From Candidatus Omnitrophota bacterium (GTDB taxonomy: Bacteria > Omnitrophota > Gorgyraeia > JABMRN01 > RBG-13-46-9), in NCBI GenBank assembly GCA_016782425.1, contig JADHYN010000005.1, positions 6,502 through 70,501 on the forward strand: DNA of 64,000 bases. The letters run 5' to 3'. The notes under the pieces were generated by a model, which did not search any database, was not told the DNA's origin, and saw nothing but the letters and a program-made list of their open reading frames with translations. How positions within the stretch are numbered: the first letter of the stretch is position 1; the number at the start of each line of letters is the position of its first letter. Positions 9,802-18,133 of this stretch are shown here, one piece after another. The translations under genes and the position numbers were made by a program.

Positions 9802-9819
9802 GCCGGTAAAGAAACCGGC
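9802..9819. terminator. Hairpin with T/A runs on both sides (possible bidirectional terminator)
   Basis: GCCGG-taaagaaa-CCGGC is followed by CTTCTTTTC on the + strand and by a T-rich run on the - strand. Confidence 0.45.
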
Positions 9820-9828
9820 TTCTTTTCA

Positions 9829-9960
9829 TCAAGGGATAAATATAGGATACTTAGGAATCGGAATTTTATTAGGAATGGGGATGACTAGCCCGCAACCTGT
9901 AAGGGTTATTGCCAAAAAGACGATAAACAAAGCAATTATTATTACGCCTGTCTTGCGCAT
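9829..9960 (-). CDS. Small lipoprotein (43 aa), below the ORF-track cutoff
   Basis: My own translation is MRKTGVIIIALFIVFLAITLTGCGLVIPIPNKIPIPKYPIFIP, with lipobox LTGC. A hairpin lies downstream. The RBS is weak. Confidence 0.4.
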   Translation of the reverse strand: MRKTGVIIIALFIVFLAITLTGCGLVIPIPNKIPIPKYPIFIP

Positions 9961-10160
9961 AAATACCTACCAACTAAAAATTGATAACTAAAAACTGATA
10001 ATCAAACCATTATACCACGGTGGTTTGCCGGTATGAACAAAAAAAGAAAAGCTTAATTGTTAACCGCCTGTGCAATTAGTACGCAACTTTTGCCAAAACG
10101 TGACAGTTCTGTTACAAAAAGCGGCCCTACCTGTGGTATAATGCCTTTTTAATATAACGC

Positions 10161-10598
10161 ATGAAAACAATTAAGGTCCTTATAGCGTTTTTTCTTTTTT
10201 TTGAGTCGGTTGCCCTCTGCGAGGATATCGAAACGCTCGCCTTTTCCCTTAAAACCCCGGAAAGGCTCACGACGTGGATGGCCAACAACCTCTCCTTTCA
10301 GTGGACGCTCCCTGATAAGCCTAAAACCTCCGGCGAAATACTCGCATCAAGATCCGGTGATTGCGATGATTTCGCAAACCTTGCGTCCCTTATCCTCGAC
10401 CGTATGGGAATTTCAAACGATGTCATTATCATAAGATTTCACGGACTACGCATGGGACACGCCATATGCGCCTGGAAGCGTGCGGACAGATGCTACAGCT
10501 TTATCTCAAATCAAAAGCTCACGTACACGCGCTGCCGCACACGCGAAGAATTTCTTCTCAAATTCTATCCTGACTATCGCTCCTACCGCACTCTTTAG
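10161..10598 (+). CDS. Secreted transglutaminase-like cysteine-protease-fold protein
   Basis: A signal peptide, then a Cys...His arrangement in SGDCDDFANLASLIL...GHAICAW. An extended -10 promoter (TGGTATAAT) lies upstream. Confidence 0.55.
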   Translation: MKTIKVLIAFFLFFESVALCEDIETLAFSLKTPERLTTWMANNLSFQWTLPDKPKTSGEILASRSGDCDDFANLASLILDRMGISNDVIIIRFHGLRMGHAICAWKRADRCYSFISNQKLTYTRCRTREEFLLKFYPDYRSYRTL

Positions 10599-10666
10599 TC
10601 CGAACATCCAAACCTATTGATTTTTACGAATAATCGTGTACAATAAAGTATGAACGGAGTAAAAAA

Positions 10667-11062
10667 ATGCTTTTGCACATTAAATTGCCTATAGCTGTTT
10701 TTTTGGTGGTATTTCTTTCTGTTTCTCTCTGTGGAGTTTGTGCCTTTTCAGACAGCCTGGGAAACCTTATCAAAGTAGGAAAAAGCCAGGCACAGATGGA
10801 AAAGGCCCTCGCAAAGGAAACAAAGAGCTACAAGGCAGTAAAAAAAGCCGTGGAATCGGGCACTATCAAGGTAGGGGACGAGGCCAATTCCATAAAAAAA
10901 CGCTTCGGCAGCCCCCTGGTAATCATCCCCCAAAAGGATAACTCTGAGAAATGGGTATACAAGCCCGGTTACGCCACTCATTTTGACAACATAAAAATCT
11001 ATCTTTTCTTCGATTCGAATAACCGCCTTTCCGGAATAAAAACCCTTAATCAAAAAGAGTAA
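10667..11062 (+). CDS. Hypothetical secreted protein
   Basis: N-terminal signal-like hydrophobic segment. No recognisable motif. Confidence 0.5.
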   Translation: MLLHIKLPIAVFLVVFLSVSLCGVCAFSDSLGNLIKVGKSQAQMEKALAKETKSYKAVKKAVESGTIKVGDEANSIKKRFGSPLVIIPQKDNSEKWVYKPGYATHFDNIKIYLFFDSNNRLSGIKTLNQKE

Positions 11063-12096
11063 TGCCAAAAACAAAAATAATTGCCACCCTCGGCCCGGCA
11101 ACTGATTCCGGAGGGACTTTGCGCAAAATGTTCCGGAACGGCCTGCATGAAGTGCGCCTGAATTTTTCGCACGGGAAAGTAGAGGACCATAAAAGGCGGA
11201 TACGCATGGTTCGCGATCTCAATAAAAAAATGCGTCGCGCAGTAAAGATCATGCAGGACCTCGAGGGGCCGCGCATACGGGTGGGTAAGCTAAAAAGCGA
11301 TCTAAACCTGAAGAAAGGCGCGGAGTTCTACCTTACTCAAGACCGCGTAACCTCAAGCTCAAAAACAGTACCGTTTGATTATAAAGGGTCTCTAAAGCCC
11401 ATAAAAACGGGCTTTCTGATTTACGTCGACGACGGCAAAATCATCCTTGAGGTAAAAAAGGCAGGGAAAAAGAGCCTTAAAGTAAGATCCCTTGTATCAG
11501 GGCTCTTAAAAACACGCAAGGGGATTAACATCCCCGAGGCAAAACTGGACTTTGAGGCGCTTGACTCAAAAGATAGAGCAGACTTAAAAGTAGGCATGAG
11601 CGAAAAAGTAGACGTTATCGCGCAATCTTTCGTAAGAACCGCTGCTGACGTCAGGCATCTCAAAAAAGAAGTGCATTCGGCGCGGCCTTCATGTTTAGTG
11701 TGCGCGAAAATCGAGAGCCGCCAGGCGCTTCTTGACATTGATAACATAATCAATGAGGCTGACATGGTCATGATTGCGCGGGGGGACCTGGGGGTATGTA
11801 TTCCTATATACAAAGTGCCCGTCGTGCAAAAAGAAATAATCAAAAAATGCCGCCTAAAAAACAAGCCCGTCATCGTCGCGACCCAGATGCTCGAGAGTAT
11901 GATCGAAGAGCCTATTCCGACAAGGGCAGAGGTTAGCGACGTGGCAAATGCTATTCTTGACGGAGCAACGCATATGCTTCTTTCAGCGGAAACCTCAATA
12001 GGAAAGCACCCGCACAAGGTTGTTGAGATGATGGATAAAATCGCGAAAAACACCGAGGCCTACCAGTCCAAACTCCGCTCGTTCTTCTCCGTATAA
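11062..12096 (+). CDS. pyk: Pyruvate kinase, short form lacking the C-terminal domain
   Basis: MPKTKIIATLGPA...LNFSHG, ...MIARGDLGV..., ...ATQMLESM. It is only 344 aa, against roughly 470 aa for typical enzymes. Confidence 0.85.
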   Translation: MPKTKIIATLGPATDSGGTLRKMFRNGLHEVRLNFSHGKVEDHKRRIRMVRDLNKKMRRAVKIMQDLEGPRIRVGKLKSDLNLKKGAEFYLTQDRVTSSSKTVPFDYKGSLKPIKTGFLIYVDDGKIILEVKKAGKKSLKVRSLVSGLLKTRKGINIPEAKLDFEALDSKDRADLKVGMSEKVDVIAQSFVRTAADVRHLKKEVHSARPSCLVCAKIESRQALLDIDNIINEADMVMIARGDLGVCIPIYKVPVVQKEIIKKCRLKNKPVIVATQMLESMIEEPIPTRAEVSDVANAILDGATHMLLSAETSIGKHPHKVVEMMDKIAKNTEAYQSKLRSFFSV

Positions 12097-12185
12097 GCTT
12101 CCAGATTGCATCCAGCCTAAAATTTATCTTGCAATTATTTCACGATAAGATACAATATAGCCCGTATTGCAAAAGGAGGTAACAC

Positions 12186-12422
12186 ATGCCATACGATTCA
12201 GGTCTTGACGAGAAGTCATTTTCAAAGTCGACGGAAAGCGAAAGCGGAAAAATAACAGTGAGCATATACTCCTACAATAACGGCCCGAAAAAGCTTCAGA
12301 TAAGCCGGGAAAACCGCACCGGAGAGGGAGAATACAGGTTTGCTAAATTGGGCAGGATGACCAAGGACGAAGCAGAAGCGGTATTGCCTTTAATACAGGA
12401 AGCCACGAAACACATGGAATAG
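12186..12422 (+). CDS. Small protein, possibly PC4/YdbC-like ssDNA-binding fold
   Basis: Good RBS (AAAGGAGG) and a TTGCAA...TACAAT promoter. The pattern ITVSIYSYNNGPKKLQISRE...RFAKLGRMTKDEAEAV resembles YdbC/PC4-type proteins. The function call is tentative. Confidence 0.4.
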   Translation: MPYDSGLDEKSFSKSTESESGKITVSIYSYNNGPKKLQISRENRTGEGEYRFAKLGRMTKDEAEAVLPLIQEATKHME

Positions 12423-12442
12423 TGCTTCGTAATTCAAGATTT

Positions 12443-12479
12443 AGCCCTATGGCCAAAAGGCCTTGGGGCTTTATTTTTT
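12443..12479 (+). terminator. Rho-independent terminator
   Basis: AGCCCTATGGCC-aaaa-GGCCTTGGGGCT followed by TTATTTTTT. The T-run overlaps the last Lys codons of convergent gpmA. Confidence 0.6.
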
Positions 12480-13232
12480 CTTTTTGGCTTTGCCCTGACT
12501 CGCCACTGACTGCATTGCCTTTTTGACTTCCTCGGGATCACCTAAATAATAATGCTTAAGTGCCTTTAAATCCTTGTCTAGCTCATATACGAGCGGTATG
12601 CCCGTAGGTATGTTGAGGGAGGGTATTTCACTATCTGGGATATTGTCCAAGTACTTTACAAGGGCCCTCAGGCTGTTTCCGTGAGCCGCGATAATAACTT
12701 TCTTGCCTTCTTTGACCACCGGAGCTATTTTCTCGTGCCAGTAAGGTAAAAATCTTACTACTGTGTCCTTCAGGCACTCGGTCGCGGGCACGTCTTTCGG
12801 ATTCAGTCCCCTGTAACGCGGGTCGTGTATCGGGTTACGCTCATCGCTCTCTTTGAGAGGTGGCGGGGACACGTCATAGCTTCTCCGCCATTCATGAACC
12901 TGCTTTTCGCCGAACTTTTCCGCTGTTTCGGCCTTGTTGAGTCCCTGCAGCACCCCATAGTGCTTTTCGTTAAGCCTCCACGAGCGGTATACAGGTATCC
13001 ACATAAGGTCCATGCAATCGGTGACGATCCAAAGCGTTCTTATGGCGCGTTTAAGGACCGACGTAAATGCCACGTCGAATGAGTAGCCTTCTTTTTTTAA
13101 AACCTCACCTGAGGTCTTCGCCTCTTCTATGCCTTTCTGGGAAAGATCAACATCTGTCCACCCGGTAAAGCGGTTCTCTTTATTCCACACGCTTTCGCCG
13201 TGTCTTAGTAATACTAATTTTATTGGTGCCAT
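12471..13232 (-). CDS. gpmA: 2,3-bisphosphoglycerate-dependent phosphoglycerate mutase
   Basis: [26 protein letters not shown] (RHG catalytic motif), 253 aa. Confidence 0.95.
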   Translation of the reverse strand: MAPIKLVLLRHGESVWNKENRFTGWTDVDLSQKGIEEAKTSGEVLKKEGYSFDVAFTSVLKRAIRTLWIVTDCMDLMWIPVYRSWRLNEKHYGVLQGLNKAETAEKFGEKQVHEWRRSYDVSPPPLKESDERNPIHDPRYRGLNPKDVPATECLKDTVVRFLPYWHEKIAPVVKEGKKVIIAAHGNSLRALVKYLDNIPDSEIPSLNIPTGIPLVYELDKDLKALKHYYLGDPEEVKKAMQSVASQGKAKKKK

Positions 13233-13326
13233 ACCTTGGGCCTCCTTTTTATAGTATTTTACTGATATCCTGAGTTAAATCAATGAAAATATCAAAAGGT
13301 CGCTGGAGGTGAAGTTAAACTGCGAA

Positions 13327-13700
13327 CAGGTGTCCTTAAGGTGGCGTCTAGAATAAAGAGGGTTGCCTGCCTAGCGGCTCGCCTCGCGGCGAAGCCGCGG
13401 GCAAGGCCGCTGGCTTGGGCAGATGGAGGCGGTGTGGCCTTGAAGACAGAAAATTTTGTGTGCGAACAGCGTAATTGAGTAAACCCAGCACTTATTTTGA
13501 TAAAATAAGTGCTGGGGAGAAATCTTAAATACACCAATTGCCGTGAGCCACAAAATTCGTCTGAAACCGATTCTACTCTGAATTTCTACTATAGTCGGTT
13601 CCCCGAGCCGAAGGCGAAGGGAAAGGTCGCGCCGCATCCATCCTGCCTCTATGGCAATGCCCGTAACCCTCTAATAACCAAGCTGCCGGAAGGATGCCTG
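13327..13700 (-). repeat. Copy 1 of a ~0.4-kb GC-rich hairpin-dense element (structured ncRNA or MITE-like repeat)
   Basis: 13654-13693 is the reverse complement of 16520-16559, with 34 of 40 positions identical and the last 20 all identical. The ends are complementary: CAGGTGTCCTTAAGG at 13327-13341 against CCGGAAGGATGCCTG at 13686-13700. A second tier pairs AGAGGGTT (13358-13365) with AACCCTCT (13665-13672). There is an internal perfect 15-bp hairpin at 13484-13516. Confidence 0.6.
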
Positions 13701-13765
13701 CTTGCCGCCAGCTTCTACTTTATACCTTGTGTTTTCTTTTTACTTATATTATTATATTACCCATT

Positions 13766-15310
13766 ATGAAAGCAGGTATTCTTCTGGCACTACTACAGGC
13801 AGCAACCGAATTCTTGCCCGTATCATCTTCGGGGCACCTCGCGCTGGCAGCAAATATTATCTCCGAGCCAAATCTATTCTTTTTCACAGCGCTACATATG
13901 GCATCCCTGATAGCCGTTATCATATTTACCCGGAAGGAAATAGCAGAGCTTTTATCATTCAAAAAAGACTCCCGAACAATATGGCTCTACCTTGCTATCG
14001 CCACTCTGCCGGCTGCGGCCTTCGGATTTTTCTTCAGAAAAACAGTTGAATCGGCGTTCAGCTCTCTTACTGCTATCGGCATAGCGTTCATCATAACCGG
14101 GGCAATTCTTTTTCTCACAAAATTCGCAAGACGCCGCGCCGTGATTACCTCAAAAAGCGCATCTCTTATAGGTATCTCACAGGCCTTCGCATTGTTCCCG
14201 GGCATATCACGAAGTGGCATGACCATATCAGCCGGCCTTTTTCTCGGGATGGAACCTGGAAAAGCCGTGCGTTTTTCATTTCTTTTATATATCCCTCTTT
14301 CTTTAGGCGCTTTTATCCTGGAAGCGGAGAAGGGAGCCTATTTTAACGGAACTCTTCTGGTTTCTTTTCTGGTATGTCTTTTTGCAAGTTTATTTTTTCT
14401 TAAAGCTCTCTTGGCACTCGTAAAAAGGGGTCGACTCTGGATGTTTTCATTTTACTGCGTTCTCCTGGGGTGCGTTACGCTTTTTATGGCCCATTCCGAA
14501 AATATGGTGCCTATTAAAAAATCCGGCACTGCCTACGCCCAGACAGAAAAAAAACTAGAAAGGCAAGACCTGCTTATTGAAGTAAGCGACCGGACGTGGG
14601 AAATATTTGAGGACGTGCAAAGATTCGAGCCCATAAAAATGACGTTCGACCCCGGCCGCGGCAAAGGTAAAATATCGGAAAATATTTCCGCGCAATTTAT
14701 CTGCTCTCCGAAAACGTTTGATATCTATATAGTTCTTTACAGCCCTCACATTACGGAAGAGACGCTTCTTCACGAGGCGTTGCATGCCAAAAATATAGTG
14801 CAAGGCTTTCCCTTTCTTCTCGGCCGCGCTTTTCCGGAAAAGAACACGATGGCAAACCTTGAAAACCAGATAGAGCACATGAGGATATTTTCCGAAATGA
14901 GGGATATGGGTTTTGATCCCGAAGCCTATGCGCAAAAAAGATGGAAAAGCGGCATTGAAACAATCGGCACCGATGCGCTCAACAATATTCCTTCCGATAC
15001 AGAGCCTTACGTAATCCGGGCAATAGTGGCGACTTATGCCCTGGGGGGCCTCGTCGCCGGCATCAGCTCTGAAGAAATCAAAAAAAATATACCGCTGCAC
15101 TTCGCGGATTATGTCGATACCGGGAGCGAGATTTACGAGACATTAAAAAAATACGATCTTCGGAACAGGGCAGAAAATATGGAAGCGCGCATCAAGATAG
15201 GCTCACTTTTGCGCCTTGAGGATCGGGACGCTCTTCTTTGCGAGATGGACTTTAAAAACCGTAAACTGTCCTGCTACAACATAGAAACAGGGACGCCGCT
15301 CGGAGATTAA
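13766..15310 (+). CDS. uppP: Undecaprenyl-diphosphate phosphatase (UppP/BacA) fused to a ~265-aa C-terminal HEXXH domain
   Basis: UppP signature ATEFLPVSSSGHL and a multi-TM body up to about aa 270 of the track ORF, then a soluble region with LLHEALHAK (HEXXH at nt 14771-14785). The start was moved to ATG 13766 (MKAGILLALL...) because the upstream extension overlaps the repeat element. Confidence 0.8.
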   Translation: MKAGILLALLQAATEFLPVSSSGHLALAANIISEPNLFFFTALHMASLIAVIIFTRKEIAELLSFKKDSRTIWLYLAIATLPAAAFGFFFRKTVESAFSSLTAIGIAFIITGAILFLTKFARRRAVITSKSASLIGISQAFALFPGISRSGMTISAGLFLGMEPGKAVRFSFLLYIPLSLGAFILEAEKGAYFNGTLLVSFLVCLFASLFFLKALLALVKRGRLWMFSFYCVLLGCVTLFMAHSENMVPIKKSGTAYAQTEKKLERQDLLIEVSDRTWEIFEDVQRFEPIKMTFDPGRGKGKISENISAQFICSPKTFDIYIVLYSPHITEETLLHEALHAKNIVQGFPFLLGRAFPEKNTMANLENQIEHMRIFSEMRDMGFDPEAYAQKRWKSGIETIGTDALNNIPSDTEPYVIRAIVATYALGGLVAGISSEEIKKNIPLHFADYVDTGSEIYETLKKYDLRNRAENMEARIKIGSLLRLEDRDALLCEMDFKNRKLSCYNIETGTPLGD

Positions 15311-15312
15311 AA

Positions 15313-16062
15313 GTGGATAAGATAAGCGTAATTCAGGGGCTGATCGACGCTAAAAAGGCCCGAGTTTACCTTGAGATCGGCGTTGCCAGCGGCGATTGCT
15401 TCCTTAAGATCACCGCAGCAAATAAAATCGCCGTAGACCCGGAATTTACCATACCCTTCCGCCGCAAGGTAAAGCGCCATATGAAAAGATTGCGTTCGGT
15501 ATTCAACGCCAAGTCCCGGATGAATGAATATTATTACAGGATGCGAAGCGACAACTTTTTTGCGGGACAGAACTTGCCATTGCTCAAAGAAGGGCTCGAT
15601 GTAGTATTCGTTGATGGCCTGCACACTCACGAGCAATCTCTCTCTGACGTTAAAAATAGCCTTACCCGCCTGAGCCCGGGAGGCGTTATTGTTGTGCACG
15701 ATTGCAACCCGACCACGAGCGCCGCGGCATTTCCTGCTGCATCCTATGAGGAAGCCAGAGAAAGCAAACCGGAAGGCTGGCGAGGTGAATGGAGCGGAAA
15801 TGTCTGGAAAACGATACCCTACTTGAGGTCAACAAGAAGAGACCTTGATATTTTCGTCCTTGATTGCGACTGCGGACTTGGAATAATCACGAAAAGGGAA
15901 AATGCTCCCGCGCTTAACTGCAAAGCAGAAGCTATAAAGCTGATGGGCTATAAGGAGCTTGAAAATGAAAGGGAGTATCTTTTAAATCTGAAACCTGAAA
16001 ATTTTTTCCACAAGTTTCTAGGGGAATTAAAGAAAAGGAGTTCCGGTGAAAAGGCTAAGTAA
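15313..16062 (+). CDS. Class I SAM-dependent methyltransferase (Methyltransf_24-like)
   Basis: VYLEIGVASGDC...VVFVDGLHTHEQSLSDV...GGVIVVHD. It is paralogous to the N-terminal domain of 22058..23107. Confidence 0.7.
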   Translation: MDKISVIQGLIDAKKARVYLEIGVASGDCFLKITAANKIAVDPEFTIPFRRKVKRHMKRLRSVFNAKSRMNEYYYRMRSDNFFAGQNLPLLKEGLDVVFVDGLHTHEQSLSDVKNSLTRLSPGGVIVVHDCNPTTSAAAFPAASYEEARESKPEGWRGEWSGNVWKTIPYLRSTRRDLDIFVLDCDCGLGIITKRENAPALNCKAEAIKLMGYKELENEREYLLNLKPENFFHKFLGELKKRSSGEKAK

Positions 16063-16498
16063 GGCGCTTCTCTTTTTTGTCGCGTTGTTTGTTATAAGCG
16101 GGTGTTCTCAAGTGTCCTCGCAAGAGGTCTCCGGAGAGGATCAACCGCAGGATTTTATAACGGAGTATAAAGGTCTTGTTGATGAGGCGCTGGATGCATA
16201 TAACAGTGGGAACTCGAAAGACTTCTACAAAAACTTTTCCGGCCAGAGGCTCGGCCTCACTGATGAGGTATTCAGGGCCATCTGGATCGACGGCTACAAA
16301 GCGCAATTCGGCAACCTGCTTTCGAAAGAGCTCCTGCCGGACAAGTGCGATTTAAATACAATTTGCCCGCTTCTCACATACAGGGGAAAATTCGATAAAA
16401 ATCCCGATGTCATTATCAAGGTGACTTTCGTCAAAGACGAAGGCGCTTCTTCCTATAAGCTCTTCTATATCCGCTTCGACGCCGATCTCGAGTGGTAG
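16046..16498 (+). CDS. Hypothetical lipoprotein
   Basis: GTG start with AAGGAG 6 nt upstream. Signal plus lipobox FVISGCSQ. Confidence 0.6.
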   Translation: MKRLSKALLFFVALFVISGCSQVSSQEVSGEDQPQDFITEYKGLVDEALDAYNSGNSKDFYKNFSGQRLGLTDEVFRAIWIDGYKAQFGNLLSKELLPDKCDLNTICPLLTYRGKFDKNPDVIIKVTFVKDEGASSYKLFYIRFDADLEW

Positions 16499-16512
16499 GC
16501 TTCTTGCAGTAA

Positions 16513-16948
16513 ACCTTGTCCTTCCAGAGACTTGATTAATAGAGGGTTACGGGCATTGCTTTCGCTTGATGTTTCCGCCAGAGGCGGACCCGCCTCGGGC
16601 GGGCGCTCGGGGATGCGCGCCCCTCGCCCCGTACCAAAGCAAAGCTTGGTACGGGGCTCGCCGCTTAGGCAGGTGGGATCTAAAAGCTTTTGATACTTGG
16701 CGCGCATAAGGGTCGAAGCGGGTATCCTGGAGGCGATAAATAAAAAAGAAGGTTTCGGGTAATGCTGGAGCGAAGCTTGAAAAAGTGCTCATACAATTGG
16801 CGCCATTTAGCTGCATAATTTTTTATGCAGTAGGTCATGAGCGCTTTTTCACGCCAGCGACCGAGGAGGCGCCTATCCTCCGAGGGAGCGACGAGCGGAA
16901 GCACTGCCCGGAACCTTCTTACTACTCAGGTCGCCGGAAGGATGCCCG
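16513..16948 (+). repeat. Copy 2 of the GC-rich hairpin-dense element, in inverted orientation relative to copy 1
   Basis: The ends pair: GTCCTTCC at 16518-16525 with GGAAGGAT at 16936-16943. AGAGGGTTACGGGCATTGC (16541-16559) pairs with GCACTGCCCGGAACCTTCT (16901-16919) over 19 positions with 2 mismatches and 1 G:U. Internal perfect hairpins include CCCCGTACCAA/TTGGTACGGGG (16627-16656), GGGCGC/GCGCCC, CCCGCC/GGCGGG and CTGCATAA/TTATGCAG. Confidence 0.6.
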
Positions 16949-16972
16949 TTTGCAGCCTTATAGAATGCTCGA

Positions 16973-18133
16973 TTAGATAGTGATGATTTTAGCTGGCGGG
17001 AAGCCGTTGAAGTTAGGGACAGCGCTGGCGCACGAATAGGCGCCGATATTTTTTACATATACCACATCACCCACGTAGAGCTCGGGTATTTCCTCGTTCA
17101 TGGAAAGCGTGTCGAATGAGTCGCAAGTGGGCCCGGCGAGCGCGCTTAGAAACTTCTGTCCGCGCCTCAAGGTCTTGAACTCGTACCGGCAGTGATCAAA
17201 GATCATTCCTGAGAAGTCGCCGTAAATACCATCGTTCAGGTAATAATAATTTTTATTGTTACGGAAGGTCCGGCCTATTACCTGGGTGACGAGAATGCCC
17301 GCGGGCCCGACCAGGAATCTGCCCGGTTCCGCGATGAACTTCACGTTTCTATCAAAGATAGCCTTCATGCGCTGCCTTATCTGAGCCGCCATGCGCTCAA
17401 AGTTAATGCCGATCTCGTTATCGAAGTGCTCGATCGGAAAACCGCCGCCTATGTCCATTATCTTAAGCGGAAGCCCCGCTCCTTTTGCCTCATTAAATAT
17501 ATTCGCTGAAAGCTCGAGTGCCTGAAGGTAATTTTCCACGTTCTTTGACTGCGAGCCCACGTGGAAACTCACGCCCATGGGAACAAGGCCAAGCGCCTTT
17601 GCCTTGCGCAGAAGAAAAAAAGCCTGGTCAGGTTCTGCGCCGAACTTAAGAGATAGCTCCACGACACTTCCGGTGTTAGCAACCTTTATGCGGACGAGAA
17701 CGTGCGCTCCCGGGTAATGTTTTGCCAGCTTATAAAGCTCGGGCTCATTATCAAATGTAAGGAGCCTCACCCTGCGCCGTTTCGCGCACGTAATATCCTC
17801 CGGCGTTTTTATGGTATTGGCGAAAATAATCCTGGATGGGGAAGAGCCAAAACTAAGAACCCTTTTCATTTCGTTCGCGCTTGCCACGTCAAACGAAGTG
17901 CCTAGCTTTATGAATGTTTTGATAACGCCCGGAAGCGGGTTCGCCTTTATGGCATAATAGGGAGTAACCTCCGGCAGGCATCTACGGAAACGCTCAAGTT
18001 GTTTTTTAAGAGCGGCGCGCCTGATTATAAGAAAAGGAGTTTTATGCCTTTTTATTAATGAGCGTATAAGGCTTTCTATGCCGTGAACGCCCAAACAGGA
18101 ATTGTTCCCGTTCCTAGGCTTTTGTTGCTTCAA
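16973..18133 (-). CDS. PLP-dependent (alanine-racemase-fold) ornithine/basic-amino-acid decarboxylase
   Basis: YAIKANP (PLP lysine), IGGGFP, EPGRFLVGPAG, GAYSCA. 386 aa. It overlaps the upstream hss gene by 20 nt. Confidence 0.8.
   Translation of the reverse strand: MKQQKPRNGNNSCLGVHGIESLIRSLIKRHKTPFLIIRRAALKKQLERFRRCLPEVTPYYAIKANPLPGVIKTFIKLGTSFDVASANEMKRVLSFGSSPSRIIFANTIKTPEDITCAKRRRVRLLTFDNEPELYKLAKHYPGAHVLVRIKVANTGSVVELSLKFGAEPDQAFFLLRKAKALGLVPMGVSFHVGSQSKNVENYLQALELSANIFNEAKGAGLPLKIMDIGGGFPIEHFDNEIGINFERMAAQIRQRMKAIFDRNVKFIAEPGRFLVGPAGILVTQVIGRTFRNNKNYYYLNDGIYGDFSGMIFDHCRYEFKTLRRGQKFLSALAGPTCDSFDTLSMNEEIPELYVGDVVYVKNIGAYSCASAVPNFNGFPPAKIITI

Noticed and set aside
9576-9991. ORFs 9576..9767 and 9722..9991 in the EamA-downstream intergenic region.
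   Set aside because: They have no RBS, odd composition, and overlap a hairpin or terminator. A 43-aa lipoprotein ORF with a lipobox on the opposite strand (9829..9960) explains the region better, though it too is only moderately supported.
13292-13637. Track ORFs across the two structured elements: 13292..13537(-), 13371..13637(-), 13509..13769(+), 16465..16707(-), 16547..16816(-), 16680..16904(-) and 16785..16976(+).
   Set aside because: They overlap one another in several frames and run through perfect GC-rich hairpins. They lack RBSs and translate to Arg/Pro/Ala-rich low-complexity sequence. The region is better explained as non-coding.
13327-13715. RNase P RNA-like strings on the minus strand of the first structured element. 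It begins GAAGCUGGCGG..., contains CCAUAGAGGCAGGAUG (resembling E. coli M1 RNA CCAUAGGGCAGGGUG), and ends ...CAGUUUAACUUCACCU.
   Set aside because: The near-universal RNase P motifs (GAGGAAAGUCC in CR-I and an ACAGAANCCGGCUUA-type CR-V) are absent. The CCAUAG string is not conserved in the second copy, and two RNase P genes 3 kb apart would be implausible. I also found no tRNA-like 3' end for a tmRNA.
13694-13765. N-terminal extensions in the ORF track. Examples are 13694 for uppP, 27945 for dus, 41267 and 41047 for the divergent pair, 26105 for DUF4870, 58369 for the NTase-fold gene, 52040 for the exonuclease, 53544 for a lipoprotein and 62274 for the BrnT-like gene.
   Set aside because: The extensions run through recognisable promoters or repeats, or precede a Met that gives a canonical family N-terminus or signal peptide with an RBS. 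Shorter starts were adopted.
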